Part shown: in pieces, positions 63,928 to 64,000 of the stretch
How the letters are laid out: every line of letters begins with the position of its first letter
How positions within the stretch are numbered: the stretch's first letter is position 1
Assembly: GCF_036321535.1 (NCBI RefSeq)
Contig: NC_087437.1
Coordinates: 4,278,001 to 4,342,000 of the forward strand
From: Camelus dromedarius
Taxonomy: Eukaryota
Reading direction: 5' to 3'
DNA: 64,000 nucleotides
Notes under the pieces: model-generated
What the model was told of the DNA's origin: nothing
Databases searched by the model: none
Seen by the model: only the letters and a program-made list of their open reading frames with translations
Made by a program: the position numbers and the translations under genes

Positions 63928-64000
63928 CGCACTGTCCAGCAGAACTTTCTGCCATGAGGAACAGCTTCCATGATCTGCCCTGTCCAGCATGGTAGCCGCT
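63928..64000. mobile_element. MER3-like hAT element (start)
   Basis: gcactgtccagcagaactttctgc...ctgtccagcatggtagcc. Confidence 0.6.

Noticed and set aside
1..64000. CRISPR arrays, operons or other prokaryotic/viral systems
   Set aside because: The sequence is clearly mammalian; no regularly spaced repeat-spacer array or intact viral ORFs were seen.

Overview
Mammalian genomic DNA, most likely a camelid, judged from the tRNA-derived Vic-type SINEs and the young L1 3' ends. It comes from the collagen VI cluster and both genes lie on the minus strand. Right end: the terminal exon of a COL6A4-like gene, encoding a complete Kunitz/BPTI domain (62642-62383), followed by a polyA signal at about 61975. 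Middle: about 42 kb of repeat-rich intergenic DNA. Left: the CpG-island promoter and non-coding exon 1 of COL6A5 (~19375-19221), an ~18.5 kb intron 1, and the signal-peptide exon 2 (704-609; MKTLLIIFVLNLWTETLTDQSP). Almost all other listed ORFs are L1/LTR fragments or chance ORFs. The most striking unannotated structure is a 4-6 kb inversion between two oppositely oriented young L1 copies (27.2-33.1 kb). It is revealed by swapped target-site duplications and by an older L1 that is only continuous once the segment is flipped back. One partner is a ~1.3 kb internally deleted L1 (5'UTR joined directly to the ORF2 C-terminus). The Kunitz domain has an extra Cys, consensus deviations and a possibly frameshift-extended tail. 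I found no convincing wholly new gene system. Gene and repeat family names come from recalled sequences, not searches, and repeat boundaries are approximate.
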